64,000 nucleotides of DNA from Octopus bimaculoides. Taxonomy: Eukaryota. Position numbers and translations under genes: made by a program. Below, piece by piece: positions 63,038 to 64,000 of the stretch. The stretch spans positions 88,587,267 to 88,651,266 of the forward strand of contig NC_068989.1 in assembly GCF_001194135.2 (NCBI RefSeq). Direction: 5' to 3'. The first letter of the stretch is position 1, and every line of letters starts with the position of its first letter. The notes beneath the pieces were generated by a model. The model was given only the letters and a program-made list of their open reading frames with translations, did not search any database and was not told the DNA's origin.

Positions 63038-63378
63038 TATCATCATCATCATCATCATCATCATCGTTTAACGTCTGCTTTCCATGCTAGCATGGGTTGG
63101 ACGATTTGACTGAGGACTGGTGAAACCGGATGGCAACACCAGGCTCCAATCTGATTTGGCAGGTTTCTACAGCTGGATGCCCTTCCTAACGCCAACCACT
63201 CAGAGAGTGTAGTGGGTGCTTTTACGTGTCACCCGCACGAAGGCCAGTCAGGTGGTACTGGCAACGGCCATGCTCAAAATGGTGTATTTTATGTGCCACC
63301 CGCACAAGAGCCAGTCCAGGGGCACTGGTAACGATCTCGCTCGAAAATCCTACAAAGGCCAGTCAGGCGGTACTGGCG
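63038..63378 (-). mobile_element. RTE 3' UTR, long young copy
   Basis: Collinear with 6457-6945. Confidence 0.87.
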
Positions 63379-63932
63379 TATATTTAGAAATTGAATCTAA
63401 CCCATCATATTTTGAGTGACATTTCATTGTGCTTATGTGTTCAATATATGAGGGGGTGTATGTGTGAAAAGTTCCCGACTTGGGGTTAAAAAAAAAACAC
63501 AGGAAGATTTTATTCAACATATCACCCATCTCGGATTTGCACTTATTGCAGCAGTCCTTGTAAAAGAACTTGGAAGGTTGGGCCTTCAACTAGGCTTTCA
63601 CAATACCCTTAAAGCCAAGAACATTTCAGCACCTTTTCGTTAGAAATTGAATGTAGTCTCTTTTAATCTTGATTAACTTTTTAATCTGTATGTTTGACAT
63701 ATGTTCTTTCTCTCTAATTTCCTTATCTATTGTATGTATTCTAGTCACTGTCACCCCTCCCCTTTACTTTAAACTTACTAGTGTTTACTAAATGACATGT
63801 GACAAGAAGTCTTGATTCCCAACCACATGGTTTCAGGTTCACTCCCACTGCATGGGCAAATTTCTACTGCAGCCCCAGGCCAGCAAAAGTTGTGAGTAGA
63901 TTTGGTAGATGGAAACTGAAAGAAGACCATCA

Positions 63933-64000
<68 letters not shown>

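Noticed and set aside
63350-63589. Cys-containing minus-strand ORF (DCCNKCKSEMG)
   Set aside because: Short, no recognisable family, no convincing splice context.

Overview
AT-rich, repeat-dense eukaryotic genomic DNA with several N-gaps. The repeat families and (TA)n/(TG)n load suggest a cephalopod, probably Octopus (inference). Two host genes lie head-to-head. (1) A complete six-coding-exon inositol polyphosphate 1-phosphatase (INPP1-like) on the minus strand, 13712->150, 380 aa, with all exon phases and GT/AG sites reconstructed by hand. (2) The first coding exon of a CDK12/13 kinase on the plus strand (25588-26615), followed by at least 37 kb of apparent intron with no recognisable exon 2. 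The introns are filled with retroelements: many 5'-truncated RTE LINE 3' ends, several tRNA-derived SINE families, R4/Dong-like, CR1 and Penelope-like fragments, a piggyBac remnant and MITEs. The most striking observation is a 262-bp tRNA-Ser-headed SINE (52733-52994, minus, 12-bp TSD) whose 3' part folds into a minimal Penelope-type hammerhead ribozyme with a palindromic helix III. Other leads are CTD-like Tyr heptads in the CDK12 N-terminus, tandem pseudoknot-capable modules in the RTE 3' UTR, a PHD-type finger embedded in the RTE reverse transcriptase, and a (TAA)n-associated retroelement nest. Exon, TSD and ribozyme coordinates were counted base by base; other repeat boundaries are approximate (about +/-10-20 bp). 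Family names rest on recalled motifs, not database searches.
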